Source of the DNA: an uncultured Acidobacteriota bacterium
Lineage (GTDB): Bacteria; Acidobacteriota; Thermoanaerobaculia; Multivoradales; UBA5704
DNA: 64,000 nt
Assembly (NCBI GenBank): GCA_963770895.1
Contig: CAVYRF010000001.1
Coordinates: forward strand, 256,001 to 320,000
Direction of reading: 5' to 3'
The notes below the pieces were generated by a model. The model was given only the letters and a program-made list of their open reading frames with translations. It had not been told where the DNA came from and made no database searches. Position numbers and translations under genes: made by a program. Shown piece by piece: positions 41,411 to 51,511 of the stretch. The number at the start of each line of letters is the position of its first letter. Position 1 is the stretch's first letter.

Positions 41411-42007
41411 CTAGTCCTCGCCCCGCGCGCCGGGGGCCAGGTGCAGCGTCCCCTGCGCCTGCGGCATCGACGCCGGCGCCGGCAGGGGTGCGCCGTAGAG
41501 AATCTGGGCGGCGGGGGTCCAGCTTTCGCCGCGCAGCAGCGCGGCGGCGCCTTCCACCGCTTCCAGGATCTTTTGGTAGCCGGTGCAGCGGCACAGGTTG
41601 CCGGCCAGCGCTTCCTCGATCTGGCCGCGCGTCGGCCGCGGGTTGGCGGCCAGCAGGGCGTGCGCCACCAGCAGGATGCCCGGCGTGCAGTAGCCGCATT
41701 GCGCGGCGCCCAGGTCGGCGAACGTCGCCTGCAGCGGGTGGAGGCTGTTGCCCTGCTGCAGACCCTCGACGGTGAGCACGTCGCGGCCCACGGCGTCGGA
41801 CGCCAGCGCCAGGCAGGACAGCACCGGCCGGCCCTCCAGCAGCACCGTGCAGGTGCCGCATTCGCCCAGCTCGCAGCCGTGCTTGGTGCCGGTCAGGCCG
41901 CACTCTTCGCGCAGCACTTCGAGCAGGGTGTGATGGCCCGGCGCCACGACGACGCGATCGCCGCCGTTGATCTTGAGGCGCAGCACAATGTTGTCGTCGA
42001 GGGCCAT
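41411..42007 (-). CDS. hcrC: 2[2Fe-2S] subunit, 4-HBCR gamma-like
   Basis: [31 protein letters not shown]; C-A-B gene order. Confidence 0.82.
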   Translation of the reverse strand: MALDDNIVLRLKINGGDRVVVAPGHHTLLEVLREECGLTGTKHGCELGECGTCTVLLEGRPVLSCLALASDAVGRDVLTVEGLQQGNSLHPLQATFADLGAAQCGYCTPGILLVAHALLAANPRPTRGQIEEALAGNLCRCTGYQKILEAVEGAAALLRGESWTPAAQILYGAPLPAPASMPQAQGTLHLAPGARGED

Positions 42008-42129
42008 CGTCGTTTCCTTGCCCGCCATAGTACCGCTTGGCCGCGCGGCCAGGCGAGCCCACCGCCGCACCGGCGGCGCGCGCGGCGCACCGGTCGCTCG
42101 CCGGGAGGGCGGCCGGCACGGCACCGAGG

Positions 42130-43524
42130 CTATTTCAGGGGTTGCAGCTCTCCCAGCACCGTCGGGATCAGCTCGGCGACGGTCGGGTGGATGTGGACGG
42201 CGCGCTGGATCACGGTGTAGGGCGCCCGCGCGTACATCACGTCGAGCACGCAGTGGACCGCTTCGTCGCCGCCGACGCCGAGCACGGCGGCGCCCAGGAT
42301 CTGGTGGGTTTCGGCGTCGACCAGCACCTTCATGAAGCCGCGGGTGTCGCCCTTTTCGATCGCCCGGCTGACCCGCGTCATCGGGCGCTTGCCGACCAGC
42401 GCCGGGCGGCCGGAGCTGCGCACCTGCGCCTCGGTCTGGCCGGCGCGCCCCAGGGGCGGATCGATGAACAGCCCGTAGGTCTGGATGCGGTCGCTGACGC
42501 GGCGGGAGTCGCCGTCCAGCAGGTTGGCGGCGACGATCTCGAAATCGTTGTAGGAGGTGTGGGTGAAGGCGCCCTTGCCGTTGCAATCTCCCAGCGCCCA
42601 GATGCCGGGGACGTTGGTGCGCAGCTGGTCGTCGACCACGACGTAGCCGCGCTGGTCGACCGCCACTCCGGCGGCGTCGAGCCCCAGGTCGCCGGTGTTG
42701 GGCCGCCGGCCGACCGCCAGCAGCAGGTGCGAGCCGACGCATTCGGGCGGGCCGTCGGTGCAGTCCACCCCCACGGCGATGCCGTCGGCGTGCGGCGCGA
42801 CCTTGATGCAGCGGGCGTTCAGGCGGATGTTCACCCCCTCGCCCTCGACGATGTCGCGGATGGCGTCCGACACGTCCTGATCTTCGCGGCCGAGCAGGCG
42901 CGGCCCCATCTCGACGATCGTCACCTGGCTGCCGAAGCGGCGGTACATCTGGGCGAATTCGAGCCCGATGTAGCTGCCGCCGACGACCACCAGGTGGCGC
43001 GGCAGGGTGTCCAGGTCCAGGATCGTCGTATTGGTCAGATACGCCACCTGGTCCAGGCCGGGCAGGTCCGGCACCGTCGCCCGCCCGCCGACGTTGAGAA
43101 AGATCCGCTCCGCCGCCAGCCGCTGGTCGCCGACGCTCACTTCCTGCGGCCCGGTCAGCCGCGCGTGCCCCTGGATCACGGTGCAGCCGGCGAGCTGACG
43201 CAGACCGCGCTCCACCCCTTCCGCCGCGCTGCCGGCGATCCTGTCCTTGCGCGCCTTGACCTGCCGCAGGTCGACGCGGACCGCGTCCGCGCCGCCATCG
43301 CCGCCGATCGCAACGCCGTAGTCGGCGCCGGTGCGGGCCAGGTGCGCCGCGTAGGCGCTGGCCACCAGCGCCTTGGTCGGCGTGCACCCGGTGTTGACAC
43401 ACGTGCCGCCAAAGAGCTTGCGCTCGACGACCGCCACGGTCATCCCGGCCTTGCTCAGCCGGGCGGCCAGCGCCGGCCCTGCCTGGCCGGTACCGATGAT
43501 GATGGCGTCGTAGCGATGGGTCAT
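42130..43524 (-). CDS. Class I pyridine nucleotide-disulfide oxidoreductase (mercuric reductase-like, not MerA)
   Basis: IGTGQAG, GGTCVNTGCTPTK, GGSYIGLE, HIHPTVAE; no C-terminal Cys-Cys. Confidence 0.9.
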   Translation of the reverse strand: MTHRYDAIIIGTGQAGPALAARLSKAGMTVAVVERKLFGGTCVNTGCTPTKALVASAYAAHLARTGADYGVAIGGDGGADAVRVDLRQVKARKDRIAGSAAEGVERGLRQLAGCTVIQGHARLTGPQEVSVGDQRLAAERIFLNVGGRATVPDLPGLDQVAYLTNTTILDLDTLPRHLVVVGGSYIGLEFAQMYRRFGSQVTIVEMGPRLLGREDQDVSDAIRDIVEGEGVNIRLNARCIKVAPHADGIAVGVDCTDGPPECVGSHLLLAVGRRPNTGDLGLDAAGVAVDQRGYVVVDDQLRTNVPGIWALGDCNGKGAFTHTSYNDFEIVAANLLDGDSRRVSDRIQTYGLFIDPPLGRAGQTEAQVRSSGRPALVGKRPMTRVSRAIEKGDTRGFMKVLVDAETHQILGAAVLGVGGDEAVHCVLDVMYARAPYTVIQRAVHIHPTVAELIPTVLGELQPLK

Positions 43525-43695
43525 GGGGGTTCCTCCGAGCCTGGCCGGCCGGGGGAGTCTATCCCGGCTCGCCCCGCGGCGCGGAACCCGGTGGGGAGAG
43601 AGGGGCGAGCGTGGTGCTCCAGTCCAGGCGCCGGCCCGCGGCCGTGGGGGCGCGAGCCGGTGGCGGTGGCTGCCGCGTGCGGATGGACTGAAGGG

Positions 43696-43968
43696 CTAGC
43701 GATAGAAGTACGGATCGAGCACGCTCACCTGGGTGACGCGATCGATCGGCAGCTGATTCTTGCCCGCCACGCGGCGGATCGCCTCCGGATCGGGGCCGTC
43801 ATAGATGCAGAACGTCTTGTTCTTGTCGTCGCTGACGTAGGAGTGGATCCAGGTCACCCCGTCCTCGGCGTTGGTCGCCACGACGGTGCGGCAGGTTGCG
43901 GCGCCGTCGGCGGTAAGGGGGATCTCCAGACCGTTCGGAAACGTCCTTTCGACCATGTATCGCGGCAT
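43696..43968 (-). CDS. DUF4242 / SCO4226-like small protein
   Basis: GAGGAG RBS; MPRYMVER, GVTWIHSYVS, KTFCIYDGPDPEAIR, LPIDRVTQV. Confidence 0.85.
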   Translation of the reverse strand: MPRYMVERTFPNGLEIPLTADGAATCRTVVATNAEDGVTWIHSYVSDDKNKTFCIYDGPDPEAIRRVAGKNQLPIDRVTQVSVLDPYFYR

Positions 43969-44186
43969 CGGTGTCTCCTCTCGGGGCCTGGGATGTCGCC
44001 CCGCCAGCTCAGTGTACCCGACGTGGCACGGCCGAAGATGCTCCCCGAAGTTATTGCAATCAATGAGATATCTTGACATATGGCGGCTGGCCGGCAGAAC
44101 GGGGGTGCAGGCCGGGCCCGGCGAGACGGATTAAGATAGCGGCCTTCCGCAGCGCGCGCCCCGTGTGCGCCGTTGCGGCACCAAAC

Positions 44187-45578
44187 GTGCCGAAGCGCCG
44201 CCGCCACCACCGCACGCCAGCTCCTGCCGCCGCTGCGCTCGTCCTGCTGCTCGCCGCCGGCGCGGTGGCCTGTGGCGCGGGGCGTGGCGGGGCCGTGGCA
44301 GGGGGCGGGGCCGGCCAGACGGTGCCATCGGCCGTGGCCGACCCGCCGATCGTCGAGTGGCAGCGGGTGCTGTCGTCGTCCTGCCAGGACTGCGGCGACG
44401 GGCGGCAACCCAGCCCTGCCGTCGACACTACCCCAGCGCCGCCCCCGGGCAGCCCCAGCTCCCAGCCCGCCGCAGGCGCGTCGCGTTCGGCAGGGGCGGG
44501 GCAGCAGCAGGGTGAAGGGAACCCTCCGGCAAGAGGGGAGCGGCAGCAGTCAGGTGGCGGCGACCAGCCGGCAAGCGGCGAACGGCCAGCGGCGGCCGGG
44601 CCGCGGGAGGTAGGCGGCAGTGAGGCGCCGGCAGCAGCCGGCCGGGGGTCGGCGCCGGCCGCGGTGCCGGCGGCCGGGGCGGTGACGGAGCGGGTGGCGA
44701 TCGGTTTGGGCGGGCTGTGGCTGGGGCCGGTGGATGGCCCGCGCACGCACTACCTGTTCGTGCGCCGGCGGCGCACCGAAGAGCTGGCGCAGTTCGTCCA
44801 TGCTTACGCGCCGTTCCGCGTCGCCACCGGCGGTGGCGCGGGGGGCGGCGAGCTTGCCTTCCATGGCCGCGGCACGTCGGTCGCCGGCGCCGCCGAGCGA
44901 CGGATGATCACCGAGTGGACGCGCGCGGTGGTGGTCGAGCTGGGCGCCGGGTCGGGCGCCTCGCCGTTCGGTCTGGTCCTGGCGTGGCATCGCGTGGCTT
45001 CCACCGGCGCCCGCTGCGACGACCTGGCCGTCTACTTGAGCGGCGACGTGCGGGCCGGTACCTGCGGCGGCGGCGCCGAGATGCACGGTCGCCTTGGCGG
45101 CGAGCGCCTGGGCCGGTTCTATGCCTGGGTCGACGGCCTGCAACCCTTTCAGGACAGCGGCGAGCAGGAGGTGAGCGCCGACGCGCTCCTGGCCCGGTTG
45201 GTGTTTGCCGGCCGCGGCCCCCGGCCGGCCACCAGGACCGACATCGACGCCCTCGCCTCGTTTGCGGAAACCCTCCACCGCGAGCTGGCGACCCCCGCCT
45301 CGGCGGTCGGCGGGGGCGCCGGGAGCGCCGGTCCCGGCGGGGCCGGCGCCGGCGGCTCGGCGGCCCCTGCGGGCAGCGGCGGGGCGGCGATCGCCGGCGC
45401 CCCGACCTTGCCACCGCTCGCCGGAGACGCGGCCGAGCCGTCCCTTGCCGCCAGGGCGCCAGCGGTGCCGCCGCCGGCACCGCCGCCAGCCGCGGCGCCG
45501 GCAGAACCCGCCGCCGCCGCCGACTCGGAGGCCGCGGGTGAGCCCTCGCCGCCGCCCCCTCCCGCCGCCCGCTGGTAG
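44187..45578 (+). CDS. Hypothetical lipoprotein with low-complexity termini
   Basis: Basic N-terminus, hydrophobic stretch, lipobox AVAC; folded core LAWHR...CDDLAVYLSG...TC. Confidence 0.65.
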   Translation: MPKRRRHHRTPAPAAAALVLLLAAGAVACGAGRGGAVAGGGAGQTVPSAVADPPIVEWQRVLSSSCQDCGDGRQPSPAVDTTPAPPPGSPSSQPAAGASRSAGAGQQQGEGNPPARGERQQSGGGDQPASGERPAAAGPREVGGSEAPAAAGRGSAPAAVPAAGAVTERVAIGLGGLWLGPVDGPRTHYLFVRRRRTEELAQFVHAYAPFRVATGGGAGGGELAFHGRGTSVAGAAERRMITEWTRAVVVELGAGSGASPFGLVLAWHRVASTGARCDDLAVYLSGDVRAGTCGGGAEMHGRLGGERLGRFYAWVDGLQPFQDSGEQEVSADALLARLVFAGRGPRPATRTDIDALASFAETLHRELATPASAVGGGAGSAGPGGAGAGGSAAPAGSGGAAIAGAPTLPPLAGDAAEPSLAARAPAVPPPAPPPAAAPAEPAAAADSEAAGEPSPPPPPAARW

Positions 45579-45699
45579 CTGCCGGCTCCGGCCATGCGTT
45601 CTGGGTGCGTCAATGCGCGGCTCACCAGGAAGTCGGACCGGGGGGCCAACCCAGCAGGAGCTCGTCCTTTCCCGGCCGGGCGGGTGGGCGCCCGGCGGG

Positions 45700-48360
45700 T
45701 TACTTGGCGATGACGCCGCGGAAGCCGTGCGAGATGAGGGCGGCGACGTCGGCCAGGACGCGGGGGAGGGCCAGGCCGCCGGGGCAGGCCAGGTAGCGGG
45801 GCTCCCAGGTGGGCTCGAACTTTTCCTTGTACTGGCGCAGGCCCTGGAAGTTGTAGAAGTGCTCGCCGTGGCGGTAGACCAGGGTGCCCAGGCGGCTCCA
45901 CAGGGGGGCGATGGCGCGCCCTTCCAGGCCGGACAGCGGGGCCATGCCCAAGTTGAACCAGCGGTAGCCGTTGGCGCGTCCCCAGAGCATGAGCTGGACG
46001 AAGAGGTAGTCCATGATGACGGCGGGGGCGCCGGCGGCGTGGCGCATCAGGTCGATCGACATCTCTTCGCGGTCGCTGCCCAGCCAGAGGTTGGCAAAGG
46101 CGATCAGGCCGCCCGGGCCGCGGACCAGGGCCAGCGGCAGGCGTTGCAGGTAGGCGTCGTCGAAATAGCCCAGGGAGAAGCCCTTTTCGCGGGTGTTCTT
46201 CTCCTTGAGCCAGGCGGCCGACATGGCTTGCAGGTGGGGCATCAGGGGTGCCACCTGGGTGGCGGAGATGACCTCGAAGCGCGCCCCCAGCTCTTCGGCC
46301 TTGCGCGCCGCCCAACGGAGCTTTTTGCGCCCCGGTCCGGCGAGCGAGAAGTCGGCCAGGGGGACGCGCGCTTCTTCTCCCAGCTTGATCAGGGAGAGGC
46401 CGAGGTCGACGTAGAGGTGCAGGCGCTTTTCGTTGACCTGGTAGAAGGAGCACCAGCCGCGGTGCTGGTCGCAGAGCTCGCGGAAGCGCCAGGCGAGCTC
46501 GGCGCGCTCGGCTTCGGGTCCCACCGGATCGCCCATCGAGACCCAGCTGCGGCCTTCGACGCCGTACATCAGCATCGCGCTACGGCTGGCGTTCCACAGC
46601 AGCTGCTTGTCGCCGAGCAGCGCCAGGTAGGCGTAGGTGCGCGGCGAGGAGGCGGCGACGGCGGCGGCGCGGTCCAGGTCGGTCGCGTCAGGCCATTCGG
46701 GGCGGTGCAGGGCGGGCCGCAGCAGGCGCCAGAGCGCCACGCCGAGCGCCACCGAAACCACTCCCACCGAGGCGCGCAGGAAGCGCGGCGCGTTGCCCAG
46801 CAGGGTGAAGCGCCACATCGGGTCCTGCCAGTACTGCGGGTTCTGGTAGGAGAAGATCCCCAGCCACAGCGAGCCGCCGACGACGATGGTGGTGGCGGCG
46901 ATCCAGGCGGGGGTGAAGGGTTCGTTGATCAGCGCCGACTTGCGGTAGAAGTGGCGGCGGCAGAGCAGCAGCGCCGCCAGCATCAGCGACAGCGCGATGG
47001 CCTCTTCGTAGTCGAAGCCCTTGAGCAGCGACACCACGGCGCCGGTCGCCAGCAGGCCGGCGGTGAGCTGGAAGGCGGAGTCCAGCCGCCGCTGCAGGCC
47101 CAGCGCCAGCAGCAGCAGGCCGACGCCGACCAGGCTGCCGACGAAGTGCGAGGCTTCGATGACCGGCAGCGGCAGCAGCGCGCTGACCCAGTCGAGCCGC
47201 GTGCGCATCTCCGGGGTGGCGCCCGAAACCAGCAGGATGGCGCCGCCCAGGAATGTGGTCAGCGACAGCACCTGCGGCACGACTCCCGAAACCCGCGAGC
47301 CGATGCCGCGCGCCACCCGCAGCACCTGGCGGTGGCGCAGCCGGGTCTCGTAGGTGCCGAGCATGAGGCTGGCGACGATGAGCGGCGCGAAGTAGTAGAT
47401 GCCGCGGAAGGCGAGCAGCGCGCCGACGATGCGGGGCACCGGCAGGCCGGGCGCCAGGTGCACCAGCAGGTAGAGGATGCTGGCTTCGAGCACCCCCAGG
47501 CCGCCCGGCACCTGGCTGGCGACGCCGGCCAGCTGCGCCAGCAGGAAGACCGCCAGCAGCTGCGGGAAGTCCAGGCCGTGATGGCCGGGTCCGGGCAGCA
47601 GGGCGTAGAGGGTCGCCGCCGCCAGCCCCCAATCCAGGCAGGAGGTCACCAGCTGGCTGATCGCCAGCCGCGGCCCCGGCAGCGGGATCTCCAGGCCGCC
47701 GATCGACAGCGGCGCGCGGCGGCGGGTGGCGACCGTCAGGTAGGCGACGCTCAGGGCCAGGAAGAGGACGCCGATCGGGCGGGCGCTCGCCAGGTGGAAA
47801 TAGAAACCCTGCGGCAGCGGCAGCGGCTCGATCAGGAAGGCGATGCCGCCCAGGGTGATGAAGCCCAGCCAGAAGGTGAGAAAGCAGAACAGCACCACGC
47901 GCGTCACCTGGAGCGCCGTCAGCCCCCATCCCGAGTAGAGGCGGGCGCGCACCGGCGTGCCGGTGAGCAGGGCGAAGCCCAGGCTGTTGCTGAACGCGTA
48001 GCCGGCGAAGGAGGCCAGGGCGATCTTGCGGTAGGGCAGCGGATTGCGCAGGTAGCGGAAGGCCAGCGTGTCGTAGCCGGTCATCGCCAGGTAGCCCAGG
48101 GTGGTGGTGAGCACGGCGAGCAGCAGGCGGTGGGCCGGCAGCGCGCGCAGCACTTCCATGACGTCGTGATAGCGGAAGCCGGCCAGCTGCTGGCGCAGCA
48201 GCAGCAGCGCGCCGGCGAAGAGCAGCACGGTGACGAACGGCGCCGCCTTGCGCACCAGGTCCCACGACAGAACCGACCGGCGCTCCCGCGGCAGCGGCAG
48301 CTCGGGCAGCTCCGCCGGGTCCGGCACCGGCGGCGGCGAGTCGGAATTATCGGCCGTCAC
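45700..48360 (-). CDS. mprF: Bifunctional aminoacyl-phosphatidylglycerol flippase/synthase
   Basis: VPGGLGVLE, EASHFVGS, KGFDYEEA, MGDPVG, KLGEEA, EKGFSLG, DLMRH, FNLGMAPLSG, YNFQGLRQYKEKF. Confidence 0.96.
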   Translation of the reverse strand: MTADNSDSPPPVPDPAELPELPLPRERRSVLSWDLVRKAAPFVTVLLFAGALLLLRQQLAGFRYHDVMEVLRALPAHRLLLAVLTTTLGYLAMTGYDTLAFRYLRNPLPYRKIALASFAGYAFSNSLGFALLTGTPVRARLYSGWGLTALQVTRVVLFCFLTFWLGFITLGGIAFLIEPLPLPQGFYFHLASARPIGVLFLALSVAYLTVATRRRAPLSIGGLEIPLPGPRLAISQLVTSCLDWGLAAATLYALLPGPGHHGLDFPQLLAVFLLAQLAGVASQVPGGLGVLEASILYLLVHLAPGLPVPRIVGALLAFRGIYYFAPLIVASLMLGTYETRLRHRQVLRVARGIGSRVSGVVPQVLSLTTFLGGAILLVSGATPEMRTRLDWVSALLPLPVIEASHFVGSLVGVGLLLLALGLQRRLDSAFQLTAGLLATGAVVSLLKGFDYEEAIALSLMLAALLLCRRHFYRKSALINEPFTPAWIAATTIVVGGSLWLGIFSYQNPQYWQDPMWRFTLLGNAPRFLRASVGVVSVALGVALWRLLRPALHRPEWPDATDLDRAAAVAASSPRTYAYLALLGDKQLLWNASRSAMLMYGVEGRSWVSMGDPVGPEAERAELAWRFRELCDQHRGWCSFYQVNEKRLHLYVDLGLSLIKLGEEARVPLADFSLAGPGRKKLRWAARKAEELGARFEVISATQVAPLMPHLQAMSAAWLKEKNTREKGFSLGYFDDAYLQRLPLALVRGPGGLIAFANLWLGSDREEMSIDLMRHAAGAPAVIMDYLFVQLMLWGRANGYRWFNLGMAPLSGLEGRAIAPLWSRLGTLVYRHGEHFYNFQGLRQYKEKFEPTWEPRYLACPGGLALPRVLADVAALISHGFRGVIAK

Positions 48361-48560
48361 TTCGATCCTGTTCCGTACCTTTCTGGGGGAAGGCGGACCG
48401 CAATATCGTTAGCGGCCGCCCGTCGGGGCGCGGCGCCTTCATCGGGTAGGGGGTGAAGTATATCGCCAGCCGGTTCGCGCAGGACGTCCGAGCCCGCACC
48501 GGCGCGCTCTGCCAGTGCAGGATCGAGGCCAACCTGAATGCGGCGTGGCGCGGGGGCCGG

Positions 48561-48968
48561 CTACTCGCCAAGGTGCACGAGCAGGCGGCGCTGGCTGGAA
48601 AACCGCCGGTGCTCCCACAGGTAGAGGCCCTGCCAGCGGCCCAGGCCCAGGGCGCCGTCCTGGATCGGGATGGCGAGGGACGTGGCGGTGAGCGCCGCCT
48701 TGATGTGCGACGGCATGTCGTCCGGCCCCTCGGCGGTGTGGGTGTACAGGGCGTCGCCTTCCGGCACCAGCCGGTTGAGCCATCGCTCCAGGTCGCGCCG
48801 CGCCGACGGGTCGGCGTTTTCCTGGATCACCAGGCTGGCCGAGGTGTGCTGCAGAAAGACGGTACAGAGCCCTTCGCGCAGCTGGCTGTCGGCGACGACG
48901 GCGTTGACCTTGCCGGTGATGTCGTGCAGTCCCTTGCCGGGGCTGGCGATGGCCAGGGCGCGGATCAT
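48561..48968 (-). CDS. yjbQ: YjbQ/UPF0047 family protein
   Basis: HTSASLVIQENADP, HTAEGPDDMPSHIK, LGRWQGLYLWEHR. Confidence 0.93.
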   Translation of the reverse strand: MIRALAIASPGKGLHDITGKVNAVVADSQLREGLCTVFLQHTSASLVIQENADPSARRDLERWLNRLVPEGDALYTHTAEGPDDMPSHIKAALTATSLAIPIQDGALGLGRWQGLYLWEHRRFSSQRRLLVHLGE

Positions 48969-51310
48969 TCGTGGGCCTTGACGGCTTCGCCCACGATCCA
49001 GGCGGCCAGCTGCTCGCGTTCCTCGTCCGAGAGCGGCATGCCGGCGCTTTCGCACAGACCTACCACGTTCTTGAGGAAGGCGTCGGCCAGCTCGCCGGGG
49101 TCGTTGCCCTTGGCGGGATCGAACTGGTGGCCGGCCGAGGTGATGCCGCGCAGGATGAAGTTGACGCTGGTGCGCGCGATCGGCGTGCCCTCTTCGATGC
49201 AGCGGTCGCGCACCGCCTTGGAGGTGCGGGTCAGAAAGTACCCTTCCGCCTTGACCTCTTCGGCGATCTCGCGGAAGACCAGGGCATATTCGGCCGGCGT
49301 CAGGTACGGGGTGTCGGTGATGCGATGGATGCGGTGCGCCAGCGAGGTCATCTCCGGGTCGCCGCTTTCGGGGTCTTCCGCCTGGCCGAGCGGGGTCTGG
49401 TGCAGGTCGGGATCGTAGAGGTAGCCGGGGCGGGTGGCCGATACGGCGAAGCCGACGTCGCCGGCGCTTGCCAGCAGGTCGCGGAAGCTGCCGGTGCCGT
49501 ACCAGCGCGACGCGAGCACGCTGTCGCCGAAACGGCCGATCACCGCCTGGGCCGCCCGCGCCGTGGGGATCGGCGAATCCGAGCCGGAGACCAGCGTGCG
49601 CACGAAGTCGATCGCGGCGTCGATCTGCCGCAGGCGTTCGTCCTCTTCGGCGGCCGGTGGCGGCGCCGCGGAGGCTGGCGACGGCGGGGATGCGAGTGAC
49701 GCCGACGTCGCGCCCTCCGCCGCGCCGCCCCAGGCGCCTTCGTCGTCGGCGCCTTCGCCGGCCCCGGCCGCGGGCAGCGCCGCCGCCCAGCGTGCCGCCG
49801 CCGCCGCGAGGCCCGTGCCCGAGGCGCCATAGGTGCCGGTCGAGCGTCGCGATGCAGCGGCTCGCAGGCCGCCGCCCGGCGCGGGCGGGTCGCCGCTTTC
49901 GGCGCGGGGAGCCCGCAGGCGGACCCGCCAGGGGTCGCCGTCGACCATCTGCAGGTCGCCGCGGGCACGGATCACGGCGTCGGACAGGCCGCGCAAACTA
50001 TAAAAGCCCAGCCAGTTGCTGGTGGGGGTGAACTGCGGGAACTCGCGATAGACCGCGGGCAGGTCGGTTGCCAGCAGCTCGCCCGCGGCGCTGGTGCGCG
50101 CATGGACCTTGTCGGCGATGGCCCGCAGCAGCTGCAGCGGCGCGGCGGTGCCGACGTTGCCGATGCCGGCTTCGGCGGTGCCGGCGCTGGCGGCAAGACC
50201 GGCCGCCCCGATGCCGCCGCCTGCCGCTCTGCCGCCCCCGGCGGCGCCGCCGTTGGACGCGCCGCTGGCCGCTGCGTCGTCGCCGCGCCCGCCGCCCGCC
50301 GCTCCCACGGCCGCAGCTTGGCTGCCGTCCGCCTCGTCGTCGCCGGTCGCGGCGCCCCCCCGTGTCGCCAAGGCTTCCAGGCCCGGCGCGCCTTGGCCGT
50401 CCGCGGTCCAGGCCGCGTTGTCGCCGGCACTGCCGGCGCCCCCGGCGGTGCCGCCGTTGTCGCCGGAGCCGTCGTCGGGGCCGGCGATGCCGCGGTCGGG
50501 ATCGTCCGGCGCATCGGTGCGGATGCGCACCCGCCAGGGATCGCCCTCGATCATTTCAAGGTCCACCCGCGCCTGCACAACGGCGTTGGTCATGCCCCGC
50601 AGGCTGTAGAAGCCCAGCCAGTTGCTGTCGGGGGTGAACTCCGGGAACTCGCGGAAGATGCTGGGCAGATCGGTCGCCACCAGGTCGCCGTTGCCGAGCG
50701 AGCGCTCGTGGACCCGCGCCGCGATGCGCTGCAGCAACTCGCTGTCCGTACCCGGCCGCACCGGGCTGCCTTCGCTGATGCCGATCGCCTCTTCGAGGAA
50801 GGTGTCCTGGTCGATCAGCAGGTCGCACGCCGCCTTGTACGCGGCGGAAGCCGGCCCGGCGGCCAGCACGACGCTGCGGCGGTCGTGGCGCGACAGGCGC
50901 AGCAGCACCGGCGTGAAGTCTGCGTCGCCCGAAAGGATGATGAATTCTTCGAAGCGCGTCACGTGGCCGAGCGCATCCATGATGTCCATGACCATCTGGA
51001 TGTCGGCGCTGGTCTTGCCGCCGCGCGTCAGCGGCGGGCAGTCCACCACTTCAAAGGCCGAGCGGATGAAATAGGGCCGGAAACGGCTGAACTGCGAAGG
51101 GTTGAGATAGCAGCGCCGCGACAGGATCTTGCGCGGCTGGTGCGAGTCGGTCGGCAGCCCCTCCTGCAACCACCGCAGCCAGCGCCCGGGATGGGTGGCA
51201 AACAGCTCGGCGGCGCGCGGGTCCTCGTTTTGCAACCCCAGGTAGATATTGTCGAAGTCCACAAATAGCGCAGCGCGCACATGCGCCGGGTTCGAGGCTG
51301 CGTCCGTCAT
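48965..51310 (-). CDS. NYN-domain ribonuclease with repeated LOTUS/OST-HTH-like domains
   Basis: FVDFDNI, GKTSADI..VMD, LSGDADFTP; two near-identical ~75-aa modules with NWLGFYSLRG; third WYGTGSFRDLL. Confidence 0.88.
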   Translation of the reverse strand: MTDAASNPAHVRAALFVDFDNIYLGLQNEDPRAAELFATHPGRWLRWLQEGLPTDSHQPRKILSRRCYLNPSQFSRFRPYFIRSAFEVVDCPPLTRGGKTSADIQMVMDIMDALGHVTRFEEFIILSGDADFTPVLLRLSRHDRRSVVLAAGPASAAYKAACDLLIDQDTFLEEAIGISEGSPVRPGTDSELLQRIAARVHERSLGNGDLVATDLPSIFREFPEFTPDSNWLGFYSLRGMTNAVVQARVDLEMIEGDPWRVRIRTDAPDDPDRGIAGPDDGSGDNGGTAGGAGSAGDNAAWTADGQGAPGLEALATRGGAATGDDEADGSQAAAVGAAGGGRGDDAAASGASNGGAAGGGRAAGGGIGAAGLAASAGTAEAGIGNVGTAAPLQLLRAIADKVHARTSAAGELLATDLPAVYREFPQFTPTSNWLGFYSLRGLSDAVIRARGDLQMVDGDPWRVRLRAPRAESGDPPAPGGGLRAAASRRSTGTYGASGTGLAAAAARWAAALPAAGAGEGADDEGAWGGAAEGATSASLASPPSPASAAPPPAAEEDERLRQIDAAIDFVRTLVSGSDSPIPTARAAQAVIGRFGDSVLASRWYGTGSFRDLLASAGDVGFAVSATRPGYLYDPDLHQTPLGQAEDPESGDPEMTSLAHRIHRITDTPYLTPAEYALVFREIAEEVKAEGYFLTRTSKAVRDRCIEEGTPIARTSVNFILRGITSAGHQFDPAKGNDPGELADAFLKNVVGLCESAGMPLSDEEREQLAAWIVGEAVKAHE

Positions 51311-51511
51311 CAAAACCTCCGTCCTGAAGCCAACAATCGCAAGCCGACAATCCTGCAAGACGGCTCAATCCCCCGCCGGGTGGCGATCTTACCTCATTGT
51401 CACACCGTCCCCTTGCCGGTTTGCCCGCGGGGGAAACGACGCAATTTCGGTGTGCTATAAAATTTGAACGGGGCGGATGGACCGCGGCGGGCAAGGCAAA
51501 GGAGAGATCGA

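Noticed and set aside
42130-43524. merA mercury resistance
   Set aside because: No C-terminal Cys-Cys pair and no merR/T/P neighbours
45205-48456. 1083-aa plus-strand ORF (likewise 56894-60169, 10808-13069, 32614-34632)
   Set aside because: Antisense shadows of real high-GC genes (mprF, ABC pair, argC/D, M1 peptidase)
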